Shown: positions 30,007 to 39,353 of the stretch, in pieces | How positions within the stretch are numbered: the first letter of the stretch is position 1 | Layout: the number at the start of each line of letters is the position of its first letter | Source of the DNA: an uncultured Chloroflexia bacterium | GTDB lineage: Bacteria > Chloroflexota > Chloroflexia > Thermomicrobiales > CFX8 | NCBI GenBank assembly: GCA_963729445.1 | Contig: CAVSNU010000005.1 | Location: forward strand, 769,615-833,614 | Direction of reading: 5' to 3' | Length of the DNA stretch: 64,000 nt | Made by a program: the position numbers and the translations under genes | The notes under the pieces: model-generated | Told to the model about the DNA's origin: nothing | What the model saw: only the letters and a program-made list of their open reading frames with translations | The model's database searches: none

Positions 30007-31439
30007 GACTCGTTCATGCGCTGGAACACTCGCGCGGTCTGCTTGATGCCGCGCTTGAAGTTTTCAATGAGAACGCGCTCGTTCGGCGCGTGGGCATTGG
30101 AGTCGGGATCACCAATGCCGACGTTCGCGATGGGCATGCCGAGGTGCTTGACGAAGGCGGCCATCGGGCCGGAGCCGCCGCTCAATGGGTGTAGCGACGG
30201 TGGACGGTCGTAGACGTCCCACGCGGTATCGGCGACCATCTTCACGAATCGGGCGTCTGGGTCGACCCTGGCGGCGTCATATCCGCCGTGCTGGATGACC
30301 TCGATGTCGTCGAAACCCTGATCTATGAGGTGCTGCTTCAGCTTCCCGAGCAGCTCCTCGGCGCTCTGATTGGGAACCAGGCGAAAATCAACCTTGGCCA
30401 TCGCCTCAGCCGGCAAGACCGTTTTCGAGCCCGGGCCCTGGTAGCCACTGCTCAAACCTGAAATCGTGCAGGTAGGCTCGAAAATCGAACGCCGCTGGAG
30501 CTCAAGCCCCGTCGCGTCGTTCAGGAAGCCCTTGAGCTCGTACGTCTGTTTCACCCGCTCTTCCGTCGATGGAAGCTGTCTGAGCAGCTCCAGATCGCGC
30601 TCGCTCGCCTCCCGCACGTCGTCGTACCAGCCGGGGATGAGGATGCGTTCGTTCTGGTCCTTCAGGGTTGAGAGCGCCCAGGTCAGCCGCCAGGCAGCGT
30701 TGGCAAACATCGAGCCTGCCATGCCCGAGTGCGCGTCTCGCGCCGCGGTGCGCACGCGCAGCTCGACGTAGAGATCGCCGCGCATACCAGCGAAAATGAG
30801 CGGCCGCCCGTCGTAGTCCACGCCGCCGAACTCCCAGAGGCAGCCATCTGCCGCCAGCAGCTCGCGGTTGGCCTCGATGAACGCATCCAGGCTACCCGAC
30901 CCGATCTCTTCCTCACCCTCGATGAGGAACTTCACCCCGCAGGGTAATGCGCCGTAGACCGCGCGCAGCGCGTCGATCGCGGCGAGCCGCGAGATGATGT
31001 GACCCTTGTCGTCGCCAACGCCGCGCCCATAGATCGCGCCGTCTCGGATCTCCGGGTTGAACGGATCGGAGTCCCAGAGCTCAAGCGGCTCGGCCGGTTG
31101 GACGTCGTAGTGGTTGTAGCAGAGGACGGTCCTGCCGGCGTCCAGGGACGCCTCACCGTAGACGACCGGGAACCGGTTTGTCGCCATCACCCTGGCGGCC
31201 ACGCCGTACTTCTCTAGCAAGGCGCGCGTCGCTTCGGCAGTCTCGTCGATCTGGCTGCTCTGGGCGGCGACGCTCTGGTAACTGCACAGCTCGGTGAGGT
31301 CAGCCAGATACTCGTCAATGTGCTCGTCAATATACTGGTCTACGGCGGACAGCTTCTCGTCGATCAACGTCAATCCCCTCTGCTCATTCGATTGCTGACG
31401 CGATGCTAACATGATGTTTGCCGGAGATGGGGGTGTCAT
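30003..31439 (-). CDS. M20-family metallopeptidase/dipeptidase
   Basis: 478 aa: ..LCYNHYDVQP..YGRGVGDDKGH..FLIEGEEEIGS..HAPNERV.. Confidence 0.85.
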   Translation of the reverse strand: MTPPSPANIMLASRQQSNEQRGLTLIDEKLSAVDQYIDEHIDEYLADLTELCSYQSVAAQSSQIDETAEATRALLEKYGVAARVMATNRFPVVYGEASLDAGRTVLCYNHYDVQPAEPLELWDSDPFNPEIRDGAIYGRGVGDDKGHIISRLAAIDALRAVYGALPCGVKFLIEGEEEIGSGSLDAFIEANRELLAADGCLWEFGGVDYDGRPLIFAGMRGDLYVELRVRTAARDAHSGMAGSMFANAAWRLTWALSTLKDQNERILIPGWYDDVREASERDLELLRQLPSTEERVKQTYELKGFLNDATGLELQRRSIFEPTCTISGLSSGYQGPGSKTVLPAEAMAKVDFRLVPNQSAEELLGKLKQHLIDQGFDDIEVIQHGGYDAARVDPDARFVKMVADTAWDVYDRPPSLHPLSGGSGPMAAFVKHLGMPIANVGIGDPDSNAHAPNERVLIENFKRGIKQTARVFQRMNES

Positions 31440-32034
31440 GGAGATGCAATCGCAAAATCGGGAGTACGGGTCATGGCTGGAGGGTCAACAAGACGTTCTC
31501 TTGCCCGGGCTGCTGGCGCTCGATCTCGGCTGTGGAATTGGTGACGACGCCAGATATATGATGGATGCCGGTCTGCGGGTGATCGGGTTGGATCTATCGC
31601 CCCAGCGGGTCGCCCGCGCCGCTGCCCGAGCGCCGGGCGCATTTTTCATCGTGGGAAATCTGGCGGACGGGCTGCCGCTGCGGTCCAGCATCGCGGATCT
31701 CGCGATCGCCAGCCTGTCGCTGCACTATTTTGACCGGCGAACAACAGCGGCGATCGTTCAGGATATCGCCAGGGTGTTGCGGCTGGGAGCCGTGTTGCTC
31801 TGTCGGGTGAACGTCGCCGGCGAGAAGCAGGCACTCTGGGGAGTTGGGGTTGAGCACGAGCCGGATTTTTTCGAGGTGGAGCCTGGCCGGTTCAAACGGT
31901 TCTTTACGGAGGATTCGTTGGAGGAAACGCTCCAGCGTCATCTCACCGTTGAAGCGATATGGCTTGAGGAGACCCGAGTGCAGCACGAGTTTGACAAAAA
32001 GACGTTAGTAGCGCGAGCGAGGCGGCAAGCATAA
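31438..32034 (+). CDS. Class I SAM-dependent methyltransferase
   Basis: ..ALDLGCGIGDDARYM..VIGLDLS..ASLSLHYF..GAVLLCRVN. The ORF opens at 31411. TAATG overlap with pyrD. Confidence 0.75.
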   Translation: MEMQSQNREYGSWLEGQQDVLLPGLLALDLGCGIGDDARYMMDAGLRVIGLDLSPQRVARAAARAPGAFFIVGNLADGLPLRSSIADLAIASLSLHYFDRRTTAAIVQDIARVLRLGAVLLCRVNVAGEKQALWGVGVEHEPDFFEVEPGRFKRFFTEDSLEETLQRHLTVEAIWLEETRVQHEFDKKTLVARARRQA

Positions 32035-33131
32035 TGGCGGATATCTACGGCGGTTTGTACCGGCGGCTCATCAGCAGAGTCGAACCGGAACGGGCGCACG
32101 CTCTTGCGCTGCAGGGTTTGCGGAAGATGCACCGGCTGCCAGGCGGGCCCGCGCTTCTGCGGCAGATGCGGCCGGAACCAGACGAACGGCTGCGGCTCCG
32201 TCTCTGGGATCTCCCGTTTGAAAATCCGCTCGGGGTTGCAGCCGGGCTCGACAAGAGCGGAATCGCAGTCGAGCCGTTGATTGCGCTCGGCTTCGGTCAT
32301 GTCGAGACTGGTACCGTGACGCTGGTACCGCAGGCAGGCAACGAGCGTCCGCGCGTGTGGCGAGTCCCGGAAGATCTCGCGGTGCTCAACGCGATGGGCT
32401 TCCCAAGTGAAGGTGCGGCGGCGCTACGGCATGAGCTCTTGCCCCTCAGGGCGCACGGTGTCGTCGGCGTCAATATCGGCAAGAATCGGGACACTCCACC
32501 CGAGCTGGCGGCCGAGGAATACGCCGCCTTGCTTGAAGCGGTGTTTGAGATAGCGCAGTACATCACGATCAACGTGTCATCGCCCAATACTCCCGGTCTA
32601 CGCGCACTCCAGATGTCCGACGAGCTGTCGCGGATTCTCGCGCTCGTCCAGGATGCCAACCTGCGCACTGCCGCGGTCATGCAGCGCGAGCCACGCCCGC
32701 TGCTGGTCAAGATCGCGCCCGACCTGACCGACTCCGAGCTGGAGGCAGTCGCCGAGGCCGCGGTCGCGGCCGGTGTGAACGGGATTGTGGCGACGAACAC
32801 GACGATCAGCCGGCAAGGTATTCCGGAGGTTTACAAGGACTACCCGGGTGGACTGAGTGGGCAGCCGCTTCGTACGCGCGCCAACGAGGTCGTGAGGCTG
32901 CTCTACCGCCGGGTTGGCGGACAGATCCCGATCGTTGGCGTGGGCGGGATCTCAAGCGGAGCGGACGCGATCGAACGCATTCGATCCGGCGCGACACTGG
33001 TGCAGCTGTACACGGCGTTTATTTACGCCGGCCCAGCGCTGCCGGGCAAGATTCTGCGCGAGATGAGCGCCGACGCCGACCGCCATGGCTGGCGCTCGGT
33101 CGTCGACATCGTGGGTAGCCACGCGAGCTAA
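32034..33131 (+). CDS. pyrD: Dihydroorotate dehydrogenase (quinone), class 2
   Basis: ..FENPLGVAAGLDK..GFGHVETGTVT..GVNIGKN..ITINVSSPNTPGLR..PLLVKIAPDL..GIVATNTT..GGLSG..VGGI.. Confidence 0.9.
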   Translation: MADIYGGLYRRLISRVEPERAHALALQGLRKMHRLPGGPALLRQMRPEPDERLRLRLWDLPFENPLGVAAGLDKSGIAVEPLIALGFGHVETGTVTLVPQAGNERPRVWRVPEDLAVLNAMGFPSEGAAALRHELLPLRAHGVVGVNIGKNRDTPPELAAEEYAALLEAVFEIAQYITINVSSPNTPGLRALQMSDELSRILALVQDANLRTAAVMQREPRPLLVKIAPDLTDSELEAVAEAAVAAGVNGIVATNTTISRQGIPEVYKDYPGGLSGQPLRTRANEVVRLLYRRVGGQIPIVGVGGISSGADAIERIRSGATLVQLYTAFIYAGPALPGKILREMSADADRHGWRSVVDIVGSHAS

Positions 33132-33219
33132 CGTGAGATCGTCTGACGTTTCTCATCGCCGTAGCGGCGCGCGTCTGTCCAGTGCTTGCCCTCGGCGAAA
33201 CGGGTGGAATTGAACGGCG

Positions 33220-34305
33220 TCAGGTCTGCGGCTCGCCGTGGATGACCCACTCGGCCAGGCACTTACCGATCGCCGGCCCCGTCTTGAAGGACGAACCTGA
33301 GTCGCCCAGCATGCAGAAGAGTCCTCCCACCGAGGGAATCTGATCGATAATCGGCCGGTGGTCGGGGCTCATGGTGTACATGCCGGACCAACCGCCGCGC
33401 ATCGTCGCGTTCTCGAATGCCGGGAACCGCGCGGTCAGCGTTCGGCGAGCATGATCGATGATCTCCTCAGTCACGACTTCGCTGAAATCCTCCGGCTGGA
33501 GCTGCTCAACGCTGTGCTCCGCGCCAATCAGCGTCGAGCGATGGCCTTCTGGCCGTAACCAGGAGTGGCTGACCGTGTCGATCACGGCCGGGTGTGGACC
33601 GCGGAATCCCTCCGGCCAGTGAAACACGACGAGCTGAACGCGGCGCGGATTCAAGCCAAAGTCAAGCCCCAGCGGTTCAAGCAGATAGTTAGACCAGGCA
33701 CCAGGGGCCATGACGACCACCGGTGTGTCGATACGGCCATTCGTCGTTTCGACAGCTACCACCTTGTCGTTCTCGGTGACGATTCTGGTCGCCTCGCAGA
33801 AGGTCTCGATACGAACACCAAGCTTGCGGGCCGCCTCAGCGAATGCGTAGGTGGTGGCGTTCGGGTCCGCCCAGCCGCTTTGGGCCTCGTAGGCCGCCGC
33901 CCCGATGTCATCGACGCGCATCTCCGGAACGAGCTCCTTGAGATCTTCCTTGGAGATGATGCGCGTATCGATGCCAAGGTTCTGCTGGTCACGGACGTTG
34001 TGTGCAAGCGCTTCTTCGTAGCCGGGAGGCGCGATCTGCACAAAACCGATGCTGTCAAAACCGCAGTCGCCGCCGACCTCTTCGCTCCAGTTACTGAATA
34101 TCTTGAGACTCTCATAGGCCAGCTTCGATTCGAACGGGTTGGTGTAGTGCATCCGCACCAGTGCTCCGGACTTCCCGGTTGCGCCAGCCGCAAGCTGCCG
34201 GCGCTCCAGGAGCACAACGTCGGTCATTCCCATTTTCGCCAGGTGAAACGCGGTGCTCGTGCCGTTGACGCCACCCCCGATGACGACGACATTTGCAGTG
34301 GTCAT
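33220..34305 (-). CDS. FAD-dependent oxidoreductase (DAO / sarcosine-oxidase-beta-like)
   Basis: N-terminal VVVIGGGVNGTSTAFHLAKMG dinucleotide fold, with a DAO-like body. Confidence 0.85.
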   Translation of the reverse strand: MTTANVVVIGGGVNGTSTAFHLAKMGMTDVVLLERRQLAAGATGKSGALVRMHYTNPFESKLAYESLKIFSNWSEEVGGDCGFDSIGFVQIAPPGYEEALAHNVRDQQNLGIDTRIISKEDLKELVPEMRVDDIGAAAYEAQSGWADPNATTYAFAEAARKLGVRIETFCEATRIVTENDKVVAVETTNGRIDTPVVVMAPGAWSNYLLEPLGLDFGLNPRRVQLVVFHWPEGFRGPHPAVIDTVSHSWLRPEGHRSTLIGAEHSVEQLQPEDFSEVVTEEIIDHARRTLTARFPAFENATMRGGWSGMYTMSPDHRPIIDQIPSVGGLFCMLGDSGSSFKTGPAIGKCLAEWVIHGEPQT

Positions 34306-34371
34306 GCAATATGGTCCTTTCGAATCGACGTATTCAGGCCGGTCGTTCGTGGGGGCATTATCGCATGCGTT

Positions 34372-34401
34372 CCCCTCGATCCATGTGTCTGGATCGAGGG
34401 G
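34372..34401 (-). terminator. Hairpin with a perfect 11-bp stem (CCCCTCGATCC / GGATCGAGGGG) and an 8-nt loop, downstream of the Rieske gene
   Basis: Read from the sequence between 34417 and 34305. No U-tract. Confidence 0.5.
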
Positions 34402-34416
34402 ACGGTGATCGATGGG

Positions 34417-36228
34417 TTAGTCGTCGGCCGCCGCTGGCTCATCTGCTTCGGTAGAGGCTTCGTAGATGGCGTCACCCCGGTGGAGGCGGATGGCGGTGCG
34501 GGCCGTCTGGCGCATGGCGCGTGAAGTTGGAGAGTGCGCGGCGAGGTAGCGCGCGACGGCGACCAGTACCCGGTTCGCTGCCGGCGCGTTCGAGTCGCGC
34601 AGTTCGTTGAAGAGCGCGGCACCGGCTTCGAGCATCTGATAGGAGTGGAACTCTGCGTCCTCGCGCAACAGGATGTGCCCAAGGGTCGCAAGCAGTGGCT
34701 CCGGATCGTGACCCAGACTGAGGTAGCGGTGGACCACCAGGGCAGACTCATTGACTTGCTGTTCGCGGTCGGTCAGGTCGAGCAGTTTGCTGAGTAGCTC
34801 GTCAGCGTTGGTTGGCTCGCGATCGATCTTGCGATGCTCAGGCAGCCGGGCGGCGGGCATATTCAGGAAGCGGTCGAGATAGATCCGCATCACGCCATGG
34901 AAGATGCCACGGGCCAGCTCGGCCGACGGAGCCCGCTTGGCGGCCTGATGCAGGGCGTTGGCGTAGGTGAAGGTGTGCAGGACCGTGATCCAGTCGTTGA
35001 ACTCGTTGGAGGTGTGGAACCGGGCCACGCGGACCGCCGCCGCGTACGAGAGTGACCGGGTGATCGCGGTCAACGGCGCACCGTCCGCGATTGCTCGCTT
35101 TACCGCGTTGCCTGATTCCCGAGGATCGTCCTGCAGGAGGATGCCTGCCAGCGACTCCATCTCGTTCCACTGCGGATCGCGAGGCCGGTCAACGAGCTCG
35201 TCCAGGCCGGTTATCATTTCATTGACGAGCTGAACGAGATCGATCGGGTGCCGCCAGGAGCTCTGTTCCTCGGAGCGGTTCGCGTTCGTGAGTGACGGAA
35301 TGACACTCGGCAGGATGTCAGCTGCCTGGTCCCAGCCGACGTTGTCCAGCATCTCGCAGGCTTTGTTGACGAAGTCGAAGGAATGGCCGCCGTCGAGGAA
35401 GTAATGATCCGTGGCGGCTGCGAACAGGATATCGGCGATTGCGGCGGGTTCCATGCCGGAGTTGATAGCGGTCAGGAGTGCACGTTCAGCGCCGTCGCGG
35501 TCTCGAACCTCGATAAAACCGCGGAACCAGGTTTTCATCCTCTCCGGTGAGATGTCCCTCGTGGGCAGCTCGTCGAGCTGGAAGTGCGGCGCCTGGCCGG
35601 CACAGTCGCTGGCGACATGCACCATGCCATGGTAGAGCGCGAGCACCTGGTCCTCGTCCCGCAGCCAGGGTAACATGTTGGTCATGGCTGAGAGGATCGT
35701 CAGTCCGGAGAACCAGCCGCGTTCGCGGTAGCGCGCGCCGAACCTGGCTCCGACTTCGGCGATCTCGCTCCCGGGAACGCCGGCCTCGCGCAACGCCAGG
35801 ACGGATTTGACGATGACCAGGTTCAGATCCTGCTCCATGCCATCGCGCAGGCGTCCCTTCCAGCGCGTCTGCCGATCCTCGACGCGCGGGGTGATATCGA
35901 CATAGACGACGCCGTCTCGGACCTGCGTTGGATAGGTCTTGACATCGTCGGCGAAGGGGTCAAAGGTGCCGCCGCTCTCGAGATCGAAGCGCGCGTGGTG
36001 CCAGTGGCAGGTCAGAATGCCGTCGCGCACACTGCCCTTGTCGAGTGGAAAGCCCATGTGAGGGCAGCGATTATCAACGGCGTAGGGTTTCCCGTCGCTG
36101 ATAAAGATCGCGATCCCGTGCCGCCCACCGGAGATGACGGTGGGGCTGGCAATCTCTTCAATCCGTCCCACTGGAACCAGCGCTGCAGACTGCGATTCGG
36201 CGTCTGACAACGTTGTGCTGCTCGTCAT
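34417..36228 (-). CDS. Rieske [2Fe-2S] domain protein with a ~480-aa helical C-terminal domain of unknown function
   Basis: CPHMGFPL..(17)..CHWHHARF Rieske ligands within the first 110 aa. I recognise no family in the remainder. Confidence 0.75.
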   Translation of the reverse strand: MTSSTTLSDAESQSAALVPVGRIEEIASPTVISGGRHGIAIFISDGKPYAVDNRCPHMGFPLDKGSVRDGILTCHWHHARFDLESGGTFDPFADDVKTYPTQVRDGVVYVDITPRVEDRQTRWKGRLRDGMEQDLNLVIVKSVLALREAGVPGSEIAEVGARFGARYRERGWFSGLTILSAMTNMLPWLRDEDQVLALYHGMVHVASDCAGQAPHFQLDELPTRDISPERMKTWFRGFIEVRDRDGAERALLTAINSGMEPAAIADILFAAATDHYFLDGGHSFDFVNKACEMLDNVGWDQAADILPSVIPSLTNANRSEEQSSWRHPIDLVQLVNEMITGLDELVDRPRDPQWNEMESLAGILLQDDPRESGNAVKRAIADGAPLTAITRSLSYAAAVRVARFHTSNEFNDWITVLHTFTYANALHQAAKRAPSAELARGIFHGVMRIYLDRFLNMPAARLPEHRKIDREPTNADELLSKLLDLTDREQQVNESALVVHRYLSLGHDPEPLLATLGHILLREDAEFHSYQMLEAGAALFNELRDSNAPAANRVLVAVARYLAAHSPTSRAMRQTARTAIRLHRGDAIYEASTEADEPAAADD

Positions 36229-36389
36229 TGGTGCGATCCTTCCGTGCCAATTCGTACGTTCTGCCCTAACAATAGGCAGGGCGAGCTCCGTTTACATCGG
36301 AAGAATGTCGTATGCACCGGTTCCAGACGTGCCGTTTTCCCATCGCGGGAGGAAGATCGATTCCGCATTCATCGCGAGCCAAGATCGCT

Positions 36390-36839
36390 CTATGAAGACG
36401 ACTTCGGGATGATCGAGATCTGGCCGTTTCGCTCAAGGACGGCGTACTTCACCTGATCGAGCCGTTCCAGGCCTTGCGTCGAGCGCGCCGAGGCCCGGAT
36501 GTCATCCTCGCTTATCAGCGATCTCGCCATACGATCGCGTAGCAACTCGCCATCGTTGATCAGGATGAGTGGAAGTCCTTCAATCAATCTGTCTACCGTC
36601 CGTGAGTGCTGCTGCAAGTAAGCAAGGCCGACATCGGTAGTGACCAGGGTGGTTATAACGAGCGCGGAGGCGGTGAAGGATGAGTCTTCGCCCATGAGCG
36701 CTTCCTGGGTTGCCTCACCGATTACCAGAAGCAGCACAAAATCGAACATCGTTACCTGCCCAAGTGTTCGTTTTCCCATGATCCTGAACAGCAGCAGCAG
36801 GAATCCGTAGACGAGTAGTGCCCTTATCACCACGTCCAT
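36390..36839 (-). CDS. DUF421/YetF-like membrane protein
   Basis: MDVVIRALLVYGFLLLLFRIMGKR..GQVTMFDFVLLLVIGE... Start at ATG 36839 with GGGAAGGGAG upstream. The ORF extends to 37076. Confidence 0.7.
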   Translation of the reverse strand: MDVVIRALLVYGFLLLLFRIMGKRTLGQVTMFDFVLLLVIGEATQEALMGEDSSFTASALVITTLVTTDVGLAYLQQHSRTVDRLIEGLPLILINDGELLRDRMARSLISEDDIRASARSTQGLERLDQVKYAVLERNGQISIIPKSSS

Positions 36840-36864
36840 GATATTGGCTCCCTTCCCGTTCGTG

Positions 36865-37374
36865 TTATGGGTAGACGAGTTGCCGAAGTGTTCGTGACGG
36901 ACCATCGACGATGCCGATTTCGGCTGTCTGCATGCCGGGTAGGTCCGGTTTGATGTGAAAGCTGACCTCGGTTGGATTTGTTGTGGACGAGACCCCGAAG
37001 GTAAAGACGTAGCGCTGCTCGCCAACCTCGACCCTGGCTGGTTGAGGGAGGACCTGTTCAAGCTGGACGTTCTCAAGGTAGCTGCTAAGAATCCAGATCC
37101 TCACTTCACCGTCCCGAACCATTTCTGGCGCGAAACTCACGAAGATGACGCCGGGTGATAGTGCCCTCTCGAAACGTTCATACCGGATCACCAGTCCAGC
37201 ATCAGTGGTCTGGGTCGAAGCGCCATTCAGGGGCCCCGATCCCGTGAGGCCAAGTATTGAAATAATGAGGATCAGCGCCAGGAACGCCCAGCCGATGCGC
37301 TGGAACCGCCACGAACGCGCTTCGAAGACTGGGTCTTCTTCAATCTCAATACGTCGGGTAGTTTGGGTGGACAT
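36865..37374 (-). CDS. Hypothetical single-pass membrane protein
   Basis: MSTQTTRRIEIEEDPVFEARSWRFQRIGWAFLALILIISILGL... Start at ATG 37374 with GAAGGA upstream. No family recognised. Confidence 0.5.
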   Translation of the reverse strand: MSTQTTRRIEIEEDPVFEARSWRFQRIGWAFLALILIISILGLTGSGPLNGASTQTTDAGLVIRYERFERALSPGVIFVSFAPEMVRDGEVRIWILSSYLENVQLEQVLPQPARVEVGEQRYVFTFGVSSTTNPTEVSFHIKPDLPGMQTAEIGIVDGPSRTLRQLVYP

Positions 37375-37731
37375 CGTCACATCCTTCGTTGGGACTGACG
37401 TGCTAGGGGTGCCGCCACGAAAGTACTGGTACAGCATGAGCCCGGGAGGTTGATCGGCGATGTACCTGGGCGCGTCAGGTACTCTAGAGTGAGTATATGG
37501 GTCTGCTGGGAGTGACACGCCCGGTGAACTGGAAGTCGTGCGCTGTGACATTGCGAACGGTCCACATCAGAACGAAGACACTGGATGAGGGCGGGTCTGG
37601 GTAGAATCGAGAGTGACGTTCCAGTCACTCGATCGACATTGCAGGTCGATCCTGGATCGGAAAGCGCAGTCAGACGTGGTGCCCGTCCAGCTCGGGGCGA
37701 CGGATGATGAGTGACGTGCAGAGGAGGACGA

Positions 37732-38031
37732 ATGGCACTCAAAAAGAACGTGTCCAAGACTGGACGCTCGTGTCGGGTAACGTTTACGGCTCCGCCGATT
37801 GAGAACGCGGAGTCGATCTATCTCGTCGGTGATTTCAACAACTGGGACGAGACATCTCACCCACTTCAAAAGCGCAAAGACGGCCGGTTTTCTGGCACGG
37901 TCTCGCTGGAGGCGGGACGAGAGTATCGCTTCAGATACCTCGTCGGCGACGATCAGTGGGTCAACGATGACGCAGCCGACAGGTATGTTTCCAATGAGTA
38001 CGGCAGCGACGATTCGGTCGTGCAGGTGTAA
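37732..38031 (+). CDS. Stand-alone CBM48 / isoamylase-N (glycogen-binding, AMPK-beta-like) domain protein
   Basis: ..VTFTAPPIENAESIYLVGDFNNWDETSHPLQKRKDGRFSGTVSLEAGREYRFRYLV... GAGGAGG RBS before ATG 37732. Confidence 0.7.
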   Translation: MALKKNVSKTGRSCRVTFTAPPIENAESIYLVGDFNNWDETSHPLQKRKDGRFSGTVSLEAGREYRFRYLVGDDQWVNDDAADRYVSNEYGSDDSVVQV

Positions 38032-38452
38032 CCATTCCTCGGGGCGGCGTTGCGTCCCTTGGAAAATGTGCCAATGATCGCGAGTGGTGATGCTGTCGCC
38101 ACTCGTCTCTGTTTGTTGCATCTGCACTCTGTCATAGTCTCAGCAACTCCCATTGCTGACGTACTACTCCTGTTCCGGCCAGCTCTGGAACATGACCGGC
38201 AAGTGCCGGATGATGGAGTCTGCCCCTCCAGATGCCAACTGCTCATCTCGCAGGCACGACCACGAACCCCTCAATCATTCGGCTGACTGACGACCGGATG
38301 TCCCTCACAACGATCGCCATCCAAAGCACCTCTAGGCGTGACTACTGGCGGCCGCTCCCTCAAGGCGACATAACATATGCCTCCCCAATACCACGCGTAA
38401 GTCTCGGCCCCAATGGTGAAGGAGCTGACAACGTTGGAGCGCACGCAAGGGG

Positions 38453-38522
38453 TTGACATCACTCATTGCTGTGCTAGAGTGAATGTGTTCGCATAGTGGT
38501 GAGAATGTTCACGTAATGAACA
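38453..38522 (+). promoter_or_regulatory. Candidate promoter TTGACA (38453-38458), 16 nt, TAGAGT (38475-38480), plus inverted repeat TGTTCA-n5-TGAACA (38506-38522) just before the IclR start
   Basis: Read from the sequence. The position fits IclR autoregulation. Confidence 0.4.
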
Positions 38523-38531
38523 GACGGGCCT

Positions 38532-39323
38532 ATGTCAGAGGCAGCACAAACGGTTGTTCGCGCGTTCGACATTCTGTATTGCTTTTCGGAAGAGGAGCCC
38601 GTTCTATCGGTAGCAGAGGTGGCGCAACGCGTCGGCCTGAACCGGACGACAACGCATCGCCTTCTGCACACGCTTGAGCGCTGTCACGCCGTGCAACGCA
38701 ACGCCGCGACCGGCCGATTCAGCCTGCATCCACGTTTGCTTCAGCTCTCAAGCGTCATTTTCAAAGCGAGTGACTTGAGGACGGTTGCTCAAGTTCCGAT
38801 GACTACGCTGTCGGAGAGAACTGGAGAGACCGTCGCGCTGCACGTTCGGGATGGATGGTTCCGGATTGTCTTCATGCAGATCGAATCTCGCCATGACCTC
38901 AAAGTGACCTATCCGCGTATCGGCGAACCAATCTCCCTCAACCTCGGCGCACCTAGCAAGGCGATCTTGGCCTCTCTCTCAACCGACGAGTTAGAGGCTT
39001 TTCTCGAGAACGAGCCACTGGTCGGCACGACTGAAGCGTCGATCACGGACGTTTCGGCCCTGCGCTCCGAGGTGGAAAGAGTACGTGCGCAGGGCTACGC
39101 CGTGTCCTTTGAAGAACGCCGGCGCGGGGTGGCGTCGATCGCCGCTCCGGTCTTTGATGCTTCTGGGGAAGTGGTTGCGGCGGTCAACGTGATTGGTCCG
39201 ACCATTCGAATCGAGGATGGCGATGTACCCGCGTTGGCGACGGCTGTACAAGAGACCGGTCGTGAGATCTCCAGGCGACTTGGGAGCCTGGACGAGACAC
39301 GTCAAGCGGTAGATAAAGGCTAG
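38532..39323 (+). CDS. IclR-family transcriptional regulator
   Basis: ..VVRAFDILYCFSEEEPVLSVAEVAQRVGLNRTTTHRLLHTL.. followed by an IclR effector domain (..GVASIAAPVFDASGEVVAAVNV..). Confidence 0.9.
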   Translation: MSEAAQTVVRAFDILYCFSEEEPVLSVAEVAQRVGLNRTTTHRLLHTLERCHAVQRNAATGRFSLHPRLLQLSSVIFKASDLRTVAQVPMTTLSERTGETVALHVRDGWFRIVFMQIESRHDLKVTYPRIGEPISLNLGAPSKAILASLSTDELEAFLENEPLVGTTEASITDVSALRSEVERVRAQGYAVSFEERRRGVASIAAPVFDASGEVVAAVNVIGPTIRIEDGDVPALATAVQETGREISRRLGSLDETRQAVDKG

Positions 39324-39353
39324 CGGTTGTAGCGAGGTGAAGGGGATTCAAGG

